Of a DNA stretch of 64,000 nucleotides, positions 56,801-64,000 are shown one piece after another (positions within the stretch are counted from its first letter, which is position 1; the number at the start of each line of letters is the position of its first letter). The notes under the pieces are model-generated. The model did not search any database, was not told the DNA's origin, and worked only from the letters and a program-made list of their open reading frames with translations. Source of the stretch: an uncultured Planctomycetales bacterium (GTDB lineage Bacteria; Omnitrophota; Gorgyraeia; Zapsychrales; JAHFFX01); assembly GCA_964612665.1 (NCBI GenBank), contig CAZTCI010000005.1, positions 175,549 to 239,548 on the forward strand, given 5' to 3'. The translations under genes were made by a program, and so were the position numbers.

Positions 56801-58271
56801 CTTCCGTCACATGGCCGATAACGCGCCGGTTTTTGTTTGGATAAGTGGAACAGACAAATTATGCACCTGGTTTAACAAGCCATGGTTAGATTTTGTGGGA
56901 CGCCCGATGGAAAAAGAAATCGGTAATGGCTGGGCGGACAATGTTCATCCCGATGATTTCGACCGTTGTCTTCAGACCTATGTCAGTTCTTTCGATGCCC
57001 GTAAACCATTTACTATGGAATACCGTTTAAAACGCCACGACGGAGAATACCGCTGGATTTTGGATAACGGCATTCCACTTTTTAAAATGAATAACGAATT
57101 TACCGGTTATATTGGATCTTGTCTTGATATCACAGAACGCAAAAAAGTAGAACAGGCGCTCCATCGCGTCGCGAGATTTGATGAAGCAGTCATGAATAAT
57201 ATGGGTGAAGGCCTATACACCGTTGATAAACAGGGTTTAGTCACCTTTGTGAATCCGGCGGCACGAAAACTTTTAGGCTGGACGCTTGAAGAATTACGCG
57301 GCCGGAAAATGCACGATGTGACTCATTACAAACACCGCGACGGCACGCCTTTTCCTGCCGAAGAATGTATGGGATACAAGGTTCTTAAGACTGGTAAAGC
57401 GGTCACCGGTTTTGAAGACTCTTTTATCCGCAAGGATGGGACATTTTTTGACGTGGTTTATACAGTTTCACCGATTCGGGAAGGTAAAGAGATTGTTGGA
57501 CTGGTCGTTGTGTTTAGTGATATCAGCGAACGCAAGCTGATCGAAAGCAATCTTAAAAAAACGGCTGAAGATTTAAAACGCTCAAATCAAGAACTCGAGC
57601 AGTTTGCGTATGTGGCGTCCCACGATCTGCAGGAACCTTTGCGTATGGTTATCAGCTACACACAATTGCTAGCGGACCGTTATGCAAAGACGCTTAATGA
57701 AGAGGCGCTTAAATATCTTGGTTTTGCTGGAGAAGGTGCTACCCGTTCACAACAACTTATTAATGACCTTCTCAATTATTCCCGCCTTGGAACAGCTTTA
57801 AACATTAGCCGAATTAATTGTGAAAAATTGTTAGAAAAGTCGCTTAACCATTTAAAAGTTACGATGCAAGAAAACGGTGTTAAAGTCACCCACGATACTC
57901 TGTCCACAATCACCGGCGATGAAACGCGTTTGATGCAAGTTTTTCAAAATCTGATCAGCAATGCCATTAAATTCAGAAGAAACGGCCAGATGCCCAAGAT
58001 CCATATTTCCGTCAAAGAAAAGCCAGATGAATGGATCTTTTCTATTCGGGATAACGGTATTGGTATAAATTCAGAATATAAAGAAAAAATTTTTGTAATT
58101 TTTCAGCGCTTGCATTCCCGCTCAGAATATCCGGGCACCGGAATCGGGCTTTCCATTTGTAAGAAAATCATTGAACAGCATCATGGCCGGATTTGGGTTG
58201 AGTCGGAATTGAATAAGGGGTCGACGTTTTTCTTTACGATAGCCAAAGGGTTATCGTTTGATAATACATAA
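53838..58271 (+). CDS. multidomain signalling protein: CheR-type methyltransferase + NEEL heptad coiled-coil + PAS/GAF/PAS array + HisKA/HATPase_c histidine kinase
   Basis: 1477 aa. N-terminal CheR_N/CheR (VWVPGCCTGEEVYS SAM-binding). Nine NEEL heptads. PAS, a GAF (phytochrome-like) region, two further PAS. H-box SHDLQEPLR and the N/G1/G2 boxes (DNGIGI, GTGIGLSIC). Confidence 0.85.
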   Translation: MFKIQNKPPLHIEEKDLNKIFTLILKSTGLDLRYYKPPTIRRRITRQIVSHKFKSVQQYIVYLKKHPSEINLLSQDVLIKVTSFFRDPDVFKTLCADVFTKLLTSVPSDKPIRIWVPGCCTGEEVYSITISVMECLEAKKATHKPIQIFGTDVSEAALEKARIGLYSDAISKTVSKERLTRFFNKVEGGYQIHKNIRAMCTFAKQNIAQDPPFSKLDLISCRNVLIYLSMDLQNKIFPIFHYALNPSGFLLLGKSETIGSFFPELFAPYQRHYNIYTKKTAPLRPAFSFRQSLQDLKNNLSGVTVKPSLETKETDIQKEMDRILLNRMSPAAVLVNESMEIVQARGDLTPYIKVAPGKMSINVLKMAREGLMIELRLAIEQAKKKKRLVRKNDIEIKEGKKSIRINIEVMPVVNPILREQYLLILFEKQRPYEVKMDDNKRVSLAKRSNVIQDTSRIKQELTATRAYLETILEDHEVANQELRSANEEILSSNEELQSTNEELETAKEELESTNEEITTINEELASRNEELKKAHEELEGRVKERTAELASAYQALKENEQLLSLVANSVPALIAYVDKNGRYLFTNKTYEDWFNISTKNIKGKHMREIIGEKAFKAIRPYVDRALLGETVSFTDKVIYKKRGERYVQATYIPGKDDKGNVISFFVLLNDVTEIKTIEEALRESQGQLKIEVSALARLHQLSIRLWQTSDLQAGLEEMLGASIALLGADMGNIQLLNIEKSVLKIAVQRGFKKDFLDFFQEVSTADDSACGRSLRTQKRTVIEDVQADPDYKPYQHIAAMAGYRAVQSTPLIGKDGTPLGMLSTHFRHPHRPSEQELRRMDLYARQAADFIERQNAEKATAYLASIVASSSDAIISKTLEGIVTSWNNAAQEMYGYTADEMIGKSILKLIPQERHSEEEKILKKIRKGERIEHYETVRKRKNGSFIEVSLTVSPIKNNSGQIIGASKIARDITERKRAESALRESEERFRHMADNAPVFVWISGTDKLCTWFNKPWLDFVGRPMEKEIGNGWADNVHPDDFDRCLQTYVSSFDARKPFTMEYRLKRHDGEYRWILDNGIPLFKMNNEFTGYIGSCLDITERKKVEQALHRVARFDEAVMNNMGEGLYTVDKQGLVTFVNPAARKLLGWTLEELRGRKMHDVTHYKHRDGTPFPAEECMGYKVLKTGKAVTGFEDSFIRKDGTFFDVVYTVSPIREGKEIVGLVVVFSDISERKLIESNLKKTAEDLKRSNQELEQFAYVASHDLQEPLRMVISYTQLLADRYAKTLNEEALKYLGFAGEGATRSQQLINDLLNYSRLGTALNISRINCEKLLEKSLNHLKVTMQENGVKVTHDTLSTITGDETRLMQVFQNLISNAIKFRRNGQMPKIHISVKEKPDEWIFSIRDNGIGINSEYKEKIFVIFQRLHSRSEYPGTGIGLSICKKIIEQHHGRIWVESELNKGSTFFFTIAKGLSFDNT
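55269..55457 (+). repeat. 9 x 21-bp imperfect tandem repeat encoding (A/S/T)NEEL..(S/T) heptads
   Basis: gccaatcaagagctgcgttca / gccaatgaggaaatcctttca / agcaatgaagaattgcaaagc ... Characteristic of CheB/CheR-associated signalling proteins. Confidence 0.7.
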
Positions 58272-58302
58272 ACAGCAAAGAGATCTGGTGCAAGAATAGT
58301 AT

Positions 58303-59979
58303 TTGAAAATGCGATGGAGCAGTTGGGCAATTGCATTATTGTTTGTTGGGATGGCTGTTGCCGTCTGGATCTTTAAACCGAATCCATTATTTGTTTCTCC
58401 ATTGATTATCATATTTATTCTTTTTAGCCAAATATCAAAGCTAGGTAAAATAAGGAGGTGCGCTATTTATCACAAAAATTCTTTAGTAGTGTTAATCGTT
58501 TTTTTGATAACTTTTCTGAATGGTGCTTCCGCACACGCGGCGGTCCCACAACCGGTGACGGGACCAGATGTTATTGAAAATTTTACAACGCCCAGGACTT
58601 TTACCGACGGGATGCAGTTTGGTACTTGTAACGCTCTCACCTTAGAAACAGAAGGCTCGCCAACCCTTGCGATTGTGAACAACAGTTATTTACAAGCCAC
58701 CAGTAATGTCAAAAGCGATGGTTTTATTATCCGCTCAACCAATCCGCTTCCCGCGACTTACAAAGTGACGGTTGATATGGGAGACATTGATTTTGATCTC
58801 ATAAACCAAGCTGACCAGGAAAATGGAGTTTACCTGCCAACGATTTCAGTCGCGCCAGGGTTTCCAAATGTTAATCAGTGGTGGCATTTATATAGGAAAG
58901 TGCACATGGACATTGACAACAATGTCTGGGGAAGTGGAGGACAACACCCAATATTCTTTGGTTATTATAATCCTGATTCTGTCACGGCATCTGATCCTGC
59001 CGATGGACAATTGGTTTATGATAGCTCAACGAATTCCTGGGTCCTCATTAACACGAAATGGGCTTCGGCTTTTAATTATCAAAAGAATACCTGGTATACC
59101 TTTGAACTTGAGAAAACGACGACCAACTATTTTTTTCGTATCTACGATGCGATTTCTCACACGCTTTTGAAAGAAGCTTCTATTCCGATTGTAAACGTCA
59201 GAAGCGGGCCAGATTATTTGGCGATCGGCGATCCGCACATTAATTACTATAATGGCAGTGTGAAAATCGCAAACCTGCGTATTACCAACATCACCTGTTC
59301 GCCTCTGCCTGTTATTTCTTCCTTTACCGCTAATCCTTCGACGGCCCCAAGCGGCGGCGGAGCCGTAGTTTTGTCCTGGACTACGACAGGCGCTGCGACT
59401 GTAAGTCTTACGGGAATGGCTACGAACACAGCAATCGCGGTCAATCCGACGACAACAACGACTTACAATTTGACAGCGACGAATAGCACCGGATCCGTAA
59501 CGGCACCAGTCACTGTCACTGTACCGACAACGACACCACCGGGGCCAGAAATTATTTTAATTGAAGCGGAGAACGCGCAAAGCATTGTTTTGCCTTTTCG
59601 GATAGGCTCTGATGCTTTAGCTTCCAATGGAAAATATATTTACACACCCAATTTCTCAGGGAACGCTCACACACCAGGTAATGCCGGCGCAACTTATACA
59701 GTCAACCTCACGCAGGGCGGCACATACGTTCTTTCCGGACGGGCGCTTGCCTCTGACACAAGCAACGATTCGTTCTTTGTCCAAATCGACAACGGTCCAG
59801 ACAATCTATGGGATCTTCCTGAAGGCCCGTCATGGCAATGGAGCAATGTCAACGATCAAACAACTCATCAATATCCTGTAAAATTCAATCTGACGCCAGG
59901 GTCGCATACAATTAAAATTAAATTAAGAGAAGATGGAACAAAGCTTGATGAGCTTTACTTGACTAATGATGTGAAGTAA
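58303..59979 (+). CDS. secreted protein with Ig-like/T-rich repeats and C-terminal carbohydrate-binding-like domain. The probable real start is ATT 58465 behind a perfect SD.
   Basis: AAGGAGG (58452-58458) plus a 6-nt spacer precede ATT 58465. This gives (M)YHKNSLVVLIVFLITFLNGASAHA|AVPQ, a textbook Sec signal with AxA site. The upstream ATG 58309 has no SD and would add two extra TM helices. Confidence 0.65.
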   Translation: MKMRWSSWAIALLFVGMAVAVWIFKPNPLFVSPLIIIFILFSQISKLGKIRRCAIYHKNSLVVLIVFLITFLNGASAHAAVPQPVTGPDVIENFTTPRTFTDGMQFGTCNALTLETEGSPTLAIVNNSYLQATSNVKSDGFIIRSTNPLPATYKVTVDMGDIDFDLINQADQENGVYLPTISVAPGFPNVNQWWHLYRKVHMDIDNNVWGSGGQHPIFFGYYNPDSVTASDPADGQLVYDSSTNSWVLINTKWASAFNYQKNTWYTFELEKTTTNYFFRIYDAISHTLLKEASIPIVNVRSGPDYLAIGDPHINYYNGSVKIANLRITNITCSPLPVISSFTANPSTAPSGGGAVVLSWTTTGAATVSLTGMATNTAIAVNPTTTTTYNLTATNSTGSVTAPVTVTVPTTTPPGPEIILIEAENAQSIVLPFRIGSDALASNGKYIYTPNFSGNAHTPGNAGATYTVNLTQGGTYVLSGRALASDTSNDSFFVQIDNGPDNLWDLPEGPSWQWSNVNDQTTHQYPVKFNLTPGSHTIKIKLREDGTKLDELYLTNDVK

Positions 59980-60018
59980 TTTATCGCAATTCGATTAGAG
60001 AAGATGAAAAGGAGTTCA

Positions 60019-61164
60019 ATGAAAAAACTGCGCGTGGTTGTCCTTGGGGCAGGATTTGGTGGAATGGAGATGAGTACGATGCTTTCTGAAGCGCTCGGCG
60101 AGGACCGTTTGGATCTTACGCTGATTGATAAAAGCGATGCTTTTTATTTTGGTTTTTCAAAACTGGATGTGATGTTCGGTCATCAGAAACCGGAAAATGT
60201 CCGCCTAGCTTACCGGCACTTCGTCAAACCCGGTGTCAAATTTCGGCAGGAACAGGTGACCGCAATTGACCCGCAAGCGAAACGTGTTAAAACCAACAAG
60301 GCCACTTACGAATCTGATGCGCTGGTCATTGCGCTCGGCGCTGATTATGATTTTAACGCGACCCCGGGACTCCTCGAAGCTGGTCACGAATTTTATTCAT
60401 TAGAAGGCGCCACTCGTTTAAGAGAAGCGCTGTCAAATTTTAAAAAAGGCAAAGTGGTCATCGGTGTCAGTGGCACACCTTTTAAATGTCCGCCGGCGCC
60501 AAGCGAAGCGGCGCTCATGCTTCATGATTATCTTACACAACGCGGCGTGCGCAAAGATTGCGCAATTACGCTGGTCATGCCTTTCGCGGTCCCAATTCCT
60601 CCATCACCCGAAACATCCAAAGCGCTTTTAGCCGCCTTTGCCGAACGGGGCATCACTTTTGTTCCCAAAAAATGCGTGTGCTCACTCGACCGCGCTAAGC
60701 GGATTGTTGTTTTCGACGATGAAAGCACGATGCCTTACGATTTATACTTAGGCGTTCCAAAACACTGTGTTCCCAAGGTTGTTGCTGCTGCCAGCGATTT
60801 AACTGAAGAAGGCTGGATTGTGCCGAGCACTAAAAATCTCAAAACAAAATTTCCAGGTGTCTACGCAATCGGCGATGTAACGCGCATTGGTCCGCCGAAA
60901 GCCGGATTTTTCGCCGAAGCTGCCGGCCGTGTGGCTGCCTTATCGATCCTGGCAGATTTTCAAGGTGGTCCTCAACCTCCCGATTATGATGGCGCCGGAA
61001 CTTGTTACATTGAATTTGGCGAAGGGAAGGTCGGGCGTGTCGATGTAAACTTTCTTTCTGGTCCATCACCGACGGGACGCTATCATGAACCTTCCGCCGA
61101 CCTTGTTGCTGAAAAAAAATATTTCGGCTCGAGCCGCCGGGCGAGGTGGTTTGGATTAAAATGA
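60019..61164 (+). CDS. FAD-dependent pyridine nucleotide-disulfide oxidoreductase, sulfide:quinone oxidoreductase/NDH-2-like
   Basis: AAAAGGAG lies before ATG 60019. VVVLGAGFGG dinucleotide-binding motif. Second GxG (YAIGDVT), giving an SQR-like layout. Confidence 0.7.
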   Translation: MKKLRVVVLGAGFGGMEMSTMLSEALGEDRLDLTLIDKSDAFYFGFSKLDVMFGHQKPENVRLAYRHFVKPGVKFRQEQVTAIDPQAKRVKTNKATYESDALVIALGADYDFNATPGLLEAGHEFYSLEGATRLREALSNFKKGKVVIGVSGTPFKCPPAPSEAALMLHDYLTQRGVRKDCAITLVMPFAVPIPPSPETSKALLAAFAERGITFVPKKCVCSLDRAKRIVVFDDESTMPYDLYLGVPKHCVPKVVAAASDLTEEGWIVPSTKNLKTKFPGVYAIGDVTRIGPPKAGFFAEAAGRVAALSILADFQGGPQPPDYDGAGTCYIEFGEGKVGRVDVNFLSGPSPTGRYHEPSADLVAEKKYFGSSRRARWFGLK

Positions 61165-61182
61165 GAGAATGTAAGAGATTTT

Positions 61183-61204
61183 GTTTTTCGTTAACGAATT
61201 TTTT
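61183..61204 (+). terminator. compact terminator: perfect 12-bp palindrome TTCGTTAACGAA followed by TTTTTT
   Basis: Lies 20 nt after the oxidoreductase stop. Confidence 0.45.
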
Positions 61205-61430
61205 GAACACGCAATAAATATTCCCAATCCTTTTTGATCTCATATTCCAATCATTCTGTTCACCGCTTTTGATATTGCTCATTGCGCCGCCATCTGTTTA
61301 TTCCCTATTATCTTCTGCACTTTGAAAATCTGTTTTCCAACCAGCGTTTCAAGAATCTTGATAAAGACTAAGAAAATCGCTAAACTTGAGTTGAACTTCA
61401 ACATCTTTGCCGATTCAAAGGAGAATTGTT

Positions 61431-63116
61431 ATGAACTATAAAAAATTTAGTATCTTTATTTTTGTTTTTCTAACCGCAGGCTGTTCAAGCCTGCATCACA
61501 ACCCTCAACCAAAACCTTTAACACTCGATCCTTCCCAATATAAAGCCTATTCAGAAAATCTCGGCGACCATCATTTCAAAATTACAACCTCAAAACCCGA
61601 AGCGCAAAAAGCATTTGACCGCGGACTGACGTTGGCCTATTCGTTCAGTCATGAACGTGCCCAAGTGGAATTCCTGAAAGCTGCTATGCTTGATCCTCAA
61701 TGTGCCATGGCCTGGTGGGGCGTTGCGCTCGTTAATGGACCGCATATTAATTTCCCAATCGTCACTCCTGAACATGCTCTCAAGGCATTAGAGGCGTTAT
61801 CCAAAGCGATCGCCTTAGTTGATCATGTTAGTCCCATCGAGAAAGAACTTATCCATGCGTTAGAAAAACGTTACGCGAATCCGCAGCCCCAAGACCGCTC
61901 ACCGCTTGACCGCACATACGCTGATGCGATGCGGGAGGTGTTTAACCATTTCCCTAATGATCCAGATGTTGGCGCTCTTTTTGCGGAGGCAATGATGGAT
62001 TTAAGGCCTTGGGATCTGTGGACGGCTGATTTCAAACCTCAACCTGGCACCGAAGAGATTGTTGCAACGCTGCAAAAAGTATTAGAGCTTGATCCCAATC
62101 ATCCCGGCGCAAACCATTTTTACATCCATGTTATGGAAAATTCTCCAGAACCTAAAGAAGCGTTGGCATCCGCTGACCGTTTAAACACACTTGTTCCAGC
62201 AGCAAGTCATATGGTCCACATGCCGGCCCATATCTATGCCCGCATTGGCCGGTGGGAAGATGCGGCACAAGCGGATTTGAACGCGATGGAAGTCGACAAA
62301 ATGTATAACGCCCTAAATCCTCGTCCTGGTTTTTACGCGATGTATATGGCGCATAACAAACATTTTTATGCTTACACGGCGATGATGGAAGGTAAAAGCG
62401 CTCAAGCTATTCAATACGCCAGGGAAATGGTTAAGGGGATTCCGGATGAATTCTTATCCGAATACACGCCGCTTGCCGACGGTTTTATGATTTTTGTCTC
62501 AGAAGTTCTGATGCGTTTCGGCCGGTGGGAGGAACTTCTTAACGAACCTGAGCCGCGCAGCGATTTGGTGCTTTCTCGAGCATTATGGCATTTCACCCGC
62601 GCGACGGCTTACACAGCTTTGGAAAAATTCGATGAGGCTGAAAAAGAGAGGCAGTCCTTTTTTCAGGCGACAGCCAAAGTTCCGAAGGAATGGACATTCG
62701 GAAACAATCCGGCTGCTGAAATTTTGGCTGTCGCGGCGCACTCATTAAACGGCGAAATCGCCGCGAAACATTCACGCTGGGACGACGCTGTGAATGAATT
62801 AAGAGCCGCCGTTAAAATAGAGGACAGTTTAAAATATGATGAACCGCCGGATTGGATTCTTCCGGTCCGTCATTCGCTGGGAGCCGTATTAATGAAAGCT
62901 GGCCGCTTTGAACAAGCGGAAGAAATTTACAGGGAAGACCTCAAACGTTACGCTGAGAATGGCTGGTCATTGCTGGGGCTTTACAACGCGTTAACAGCTC
63001 AAGGAAAAAAGAAAGAAGCTAAAAAAACGAAATTACGTTTCCAAAAAGCTTGGCAATATTCTGATGTCGCGCCATCAACTACGTGTTATTGTCAGATCGA
63101 AGAAACGACGAAGTAG
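61431..63116 (+). CDS. lipoprotein with TPR-like helical repeats, hypothetical
   Basis: AAGGAG lies before ATG 61431. Lipobox LTAGC (signal peptidase II). An all-helical 540-aa body with TPR-like periodicity. Confidence 0.65.
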   Translation: MNYKKFSIFIFVFLTAGCSSLHHNPQPKPLTLDPSQYKAYSENLGDHHFKITTSKPEAQKAFDRGLTLAYSFSHERAQVEFLKAAMLDPQCAMAWWGVALVNGPHINFPIVTPEHALKALEALSKAIALVDHVSPIEKELIHALEKRYANPQPQDRSPLDRTYADAMREVFNHFPNDPDVGALFAEAMMDLRPWDLWTADFKPQPGTEEIVATLQKVLELDPNHPGANHFYIHVMENSPEPKEALASADRLNTLVPAASHMVHMPAHIYARIGRWEDAAQADLNAMEVDKMYNALNPRPGFYAMYMAHNKHFYAYTAMMEGKSAQAIQYAREMVKGIPDEFLSEYTPLADGFMIFVSEVLMRFGRWEELLNEPEPRSDLVLSRALWHFTRATAYTALEKFDEAEKERQSFFQATAKVPKEWTFGNNPAAEILAVAAHSLNGEIAAKHSRWDDAVNELRAAVKIEDSLKYDEPPDWILPVRHSLGAVLMKAGRFEQAEEIYREDLKRYAENGWSLLGLYNALTAQGKKKEAKKTKLRFQKAWQYSDVAPSTTCYCQIEETTK

Positions 63117-63327
63117 AAAAGTACTATTAACAGATTTAAGACTGAGAGATAAATATTCGTCGGAAAAACGCAAAATTCAAAACCATGTGCTATACTTTGG
63201 CTAGAGAAGTAGTATTTTGAATTCTTTCAAATCCTTGACGCTTTGAAATTCGGAATTCATCGCATGCAGTTCTAAGAAGCTGCAGCCACACCCAAGCAGT
63301 TTCTTAGGGAAGGTGGTGATCTGCGCG

Positions 63328-64000
63328 ATGAACAGATTGTTTTTCTTCGTGGTTTTAGGCTTACTTCTTCCGATTCCGACTTTGATCTGCAAGGCCGAGA
63401 TGACGGGCCTTATTGAAATATCCAGCCAGCATATCCCTCCCCATCTTTTAAATAAACAAAATTTACCAAACCAGCCGACTCCAGATATAACGGCCATCCA
63501 TTATGCCTTTTCTAACTTAACTTTTGATAACGGCCCAGTGCGAGAGGTTAAACTTGACCATCGACGGGAAAAAACAGGGAAGTCATTATCCTTAATGAAG
63601 ACGGCTGAAGCTGATATGCCGCCCAATGAAATTCTTTTTAAAGATTTTGAGAAAATTTCGAACACAATTAACGATGCCAGCCGGCTCAGCGATCTTTCGC
63701 CAGTTTTATCTGAAAATAATTTCCAGCTCTTGAAGGCAAAAGTCAAAACAGGCGTCTCACAATATGTTGTTCTGGCGTTTATCCAGTCCATGCGTCCTCA
63801 AAATATTTATGTTATTGATGTCGCCATTGAACAAGACCACGCCACACTCGCCGTGGCCGGCCGGTCTTATTTTGGCCGAATGCAGGGGTTGATCCATCTC
63901 GTCAAGATCAAGGAGGCCTGTAAAATAGAACAAGAGGATTGGTTTGCCGCCGCTAAAAATAACAAAGATCACATTGTCATTTTAGCTACAGATAATAAGA
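63328..64000 (+). CDS. secreted hypothetical protein, 5' partial (runs off the window end). Absent from the ORF track.
   Basis: AAGGTGGTGA lies 8 nt before ATG 63328. The frame stays open for 224 codons to the window edge. The N-terminus MNRLFFFVVLGLLLPIPTLICKA is a signal peptide. Confidence 0.5.
   Translation, partial: MNRLFFFVVLGLLLPIPTLICKAEMTGLIEISSQHIPPHLLNKQNLPNQPTPDITAIHYAFSNLTFDNGPVREVKLDHRREKTGKSLSLMKTAEADMPPNEILFKDFEKISNTINDASRLSDLSPVLSENNFQLLKAKVKTGVSQYVVLAFIQSMRPQNIYVIDVAIEQDHATLAVAGRSYFGRMQGLIHLVKIKEACKIEQEDWFAAAKNNKDHIVILATDNK

Noticed and set aside
60839-61282. 147-aa minus-strand ORF antisense to the SQR-like oxidoreductase 3' end
   Set aside because: It is R/H-rich antisense translation with no start context.
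1-64000. CRISPR arrays, rRNA, tRNA, transposase/integrase genes
   Set aside because: No direct-repeat/spacer periodicity, no rRNA-like conserved blocks, no tRNA T-arm consensus and no transposase/integrase-like ORFs were seen. The only mobile-like signal is the small palindromic element family.

Overview
This is a 64 kb, AT-rich (roughly 40% GC) bacterial chromosomal segment with dense, mostly plus-strand coding. No rRNA, tRNA or CRISPR array was found.

Housekeeping genes recognised from the sequence:
- trpA 3' end
- M16 zinc peptidase
- rsfS, argS, recJ, rpmB
- oligoendopeptidase F, bolA, dus (tRNA-dihydrouridine synthase)
- MiaB/MtaB-like radical-SAM enzyme
- recQ, a 1467-aa Lhr helicase, cyclophilin
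- MoeZ-type E1 with rhodanese domain, and a MoaD-like Gly-Gly sulfur carrier

Accessory pockets sit between these:
- Two tandem TMTC-like (DUF1736 GT-C membrane domain plus TPR) paralogs.
- A minus-strand operon of ABC transporter, cytoplasmic sulfite-oxidase-like molybdoenzyme and retropepsin-like aspartic protease.
- The most unusual locus (23.9-28.4 kb): two divergent paralogs with a C-terminal TIR-like (PF10137/COG4271-type) nucleotide-binding domain flank a YcxB-like membrane protein. A secreted protein and a DUF1223 protein follow.
- A type IV pilin, a PLD-N-type mini membrane protein and a 7-repeat PKD protein.
- A family of about 30-bp perfect palindromes, including one copy inserted in-frame inside lhr.
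- A stand-alone CheB methylesterase, a REC protein and a 1477-aa CheR-PAS-GAF-histidine kinase with a 9x21-bp heptad repeat.
- A frameshifted DUF72 gene.

Several genes show hints of non-canonical or odd translation starts:
- rsfS has conserved N-terminal sequence with no ATG/GTG/TTG.
- The secreted 58.3 kb gene has an ATT start behind a perfect SD.
- bolA and gltP start codons overlap face-to-face in a CATG.
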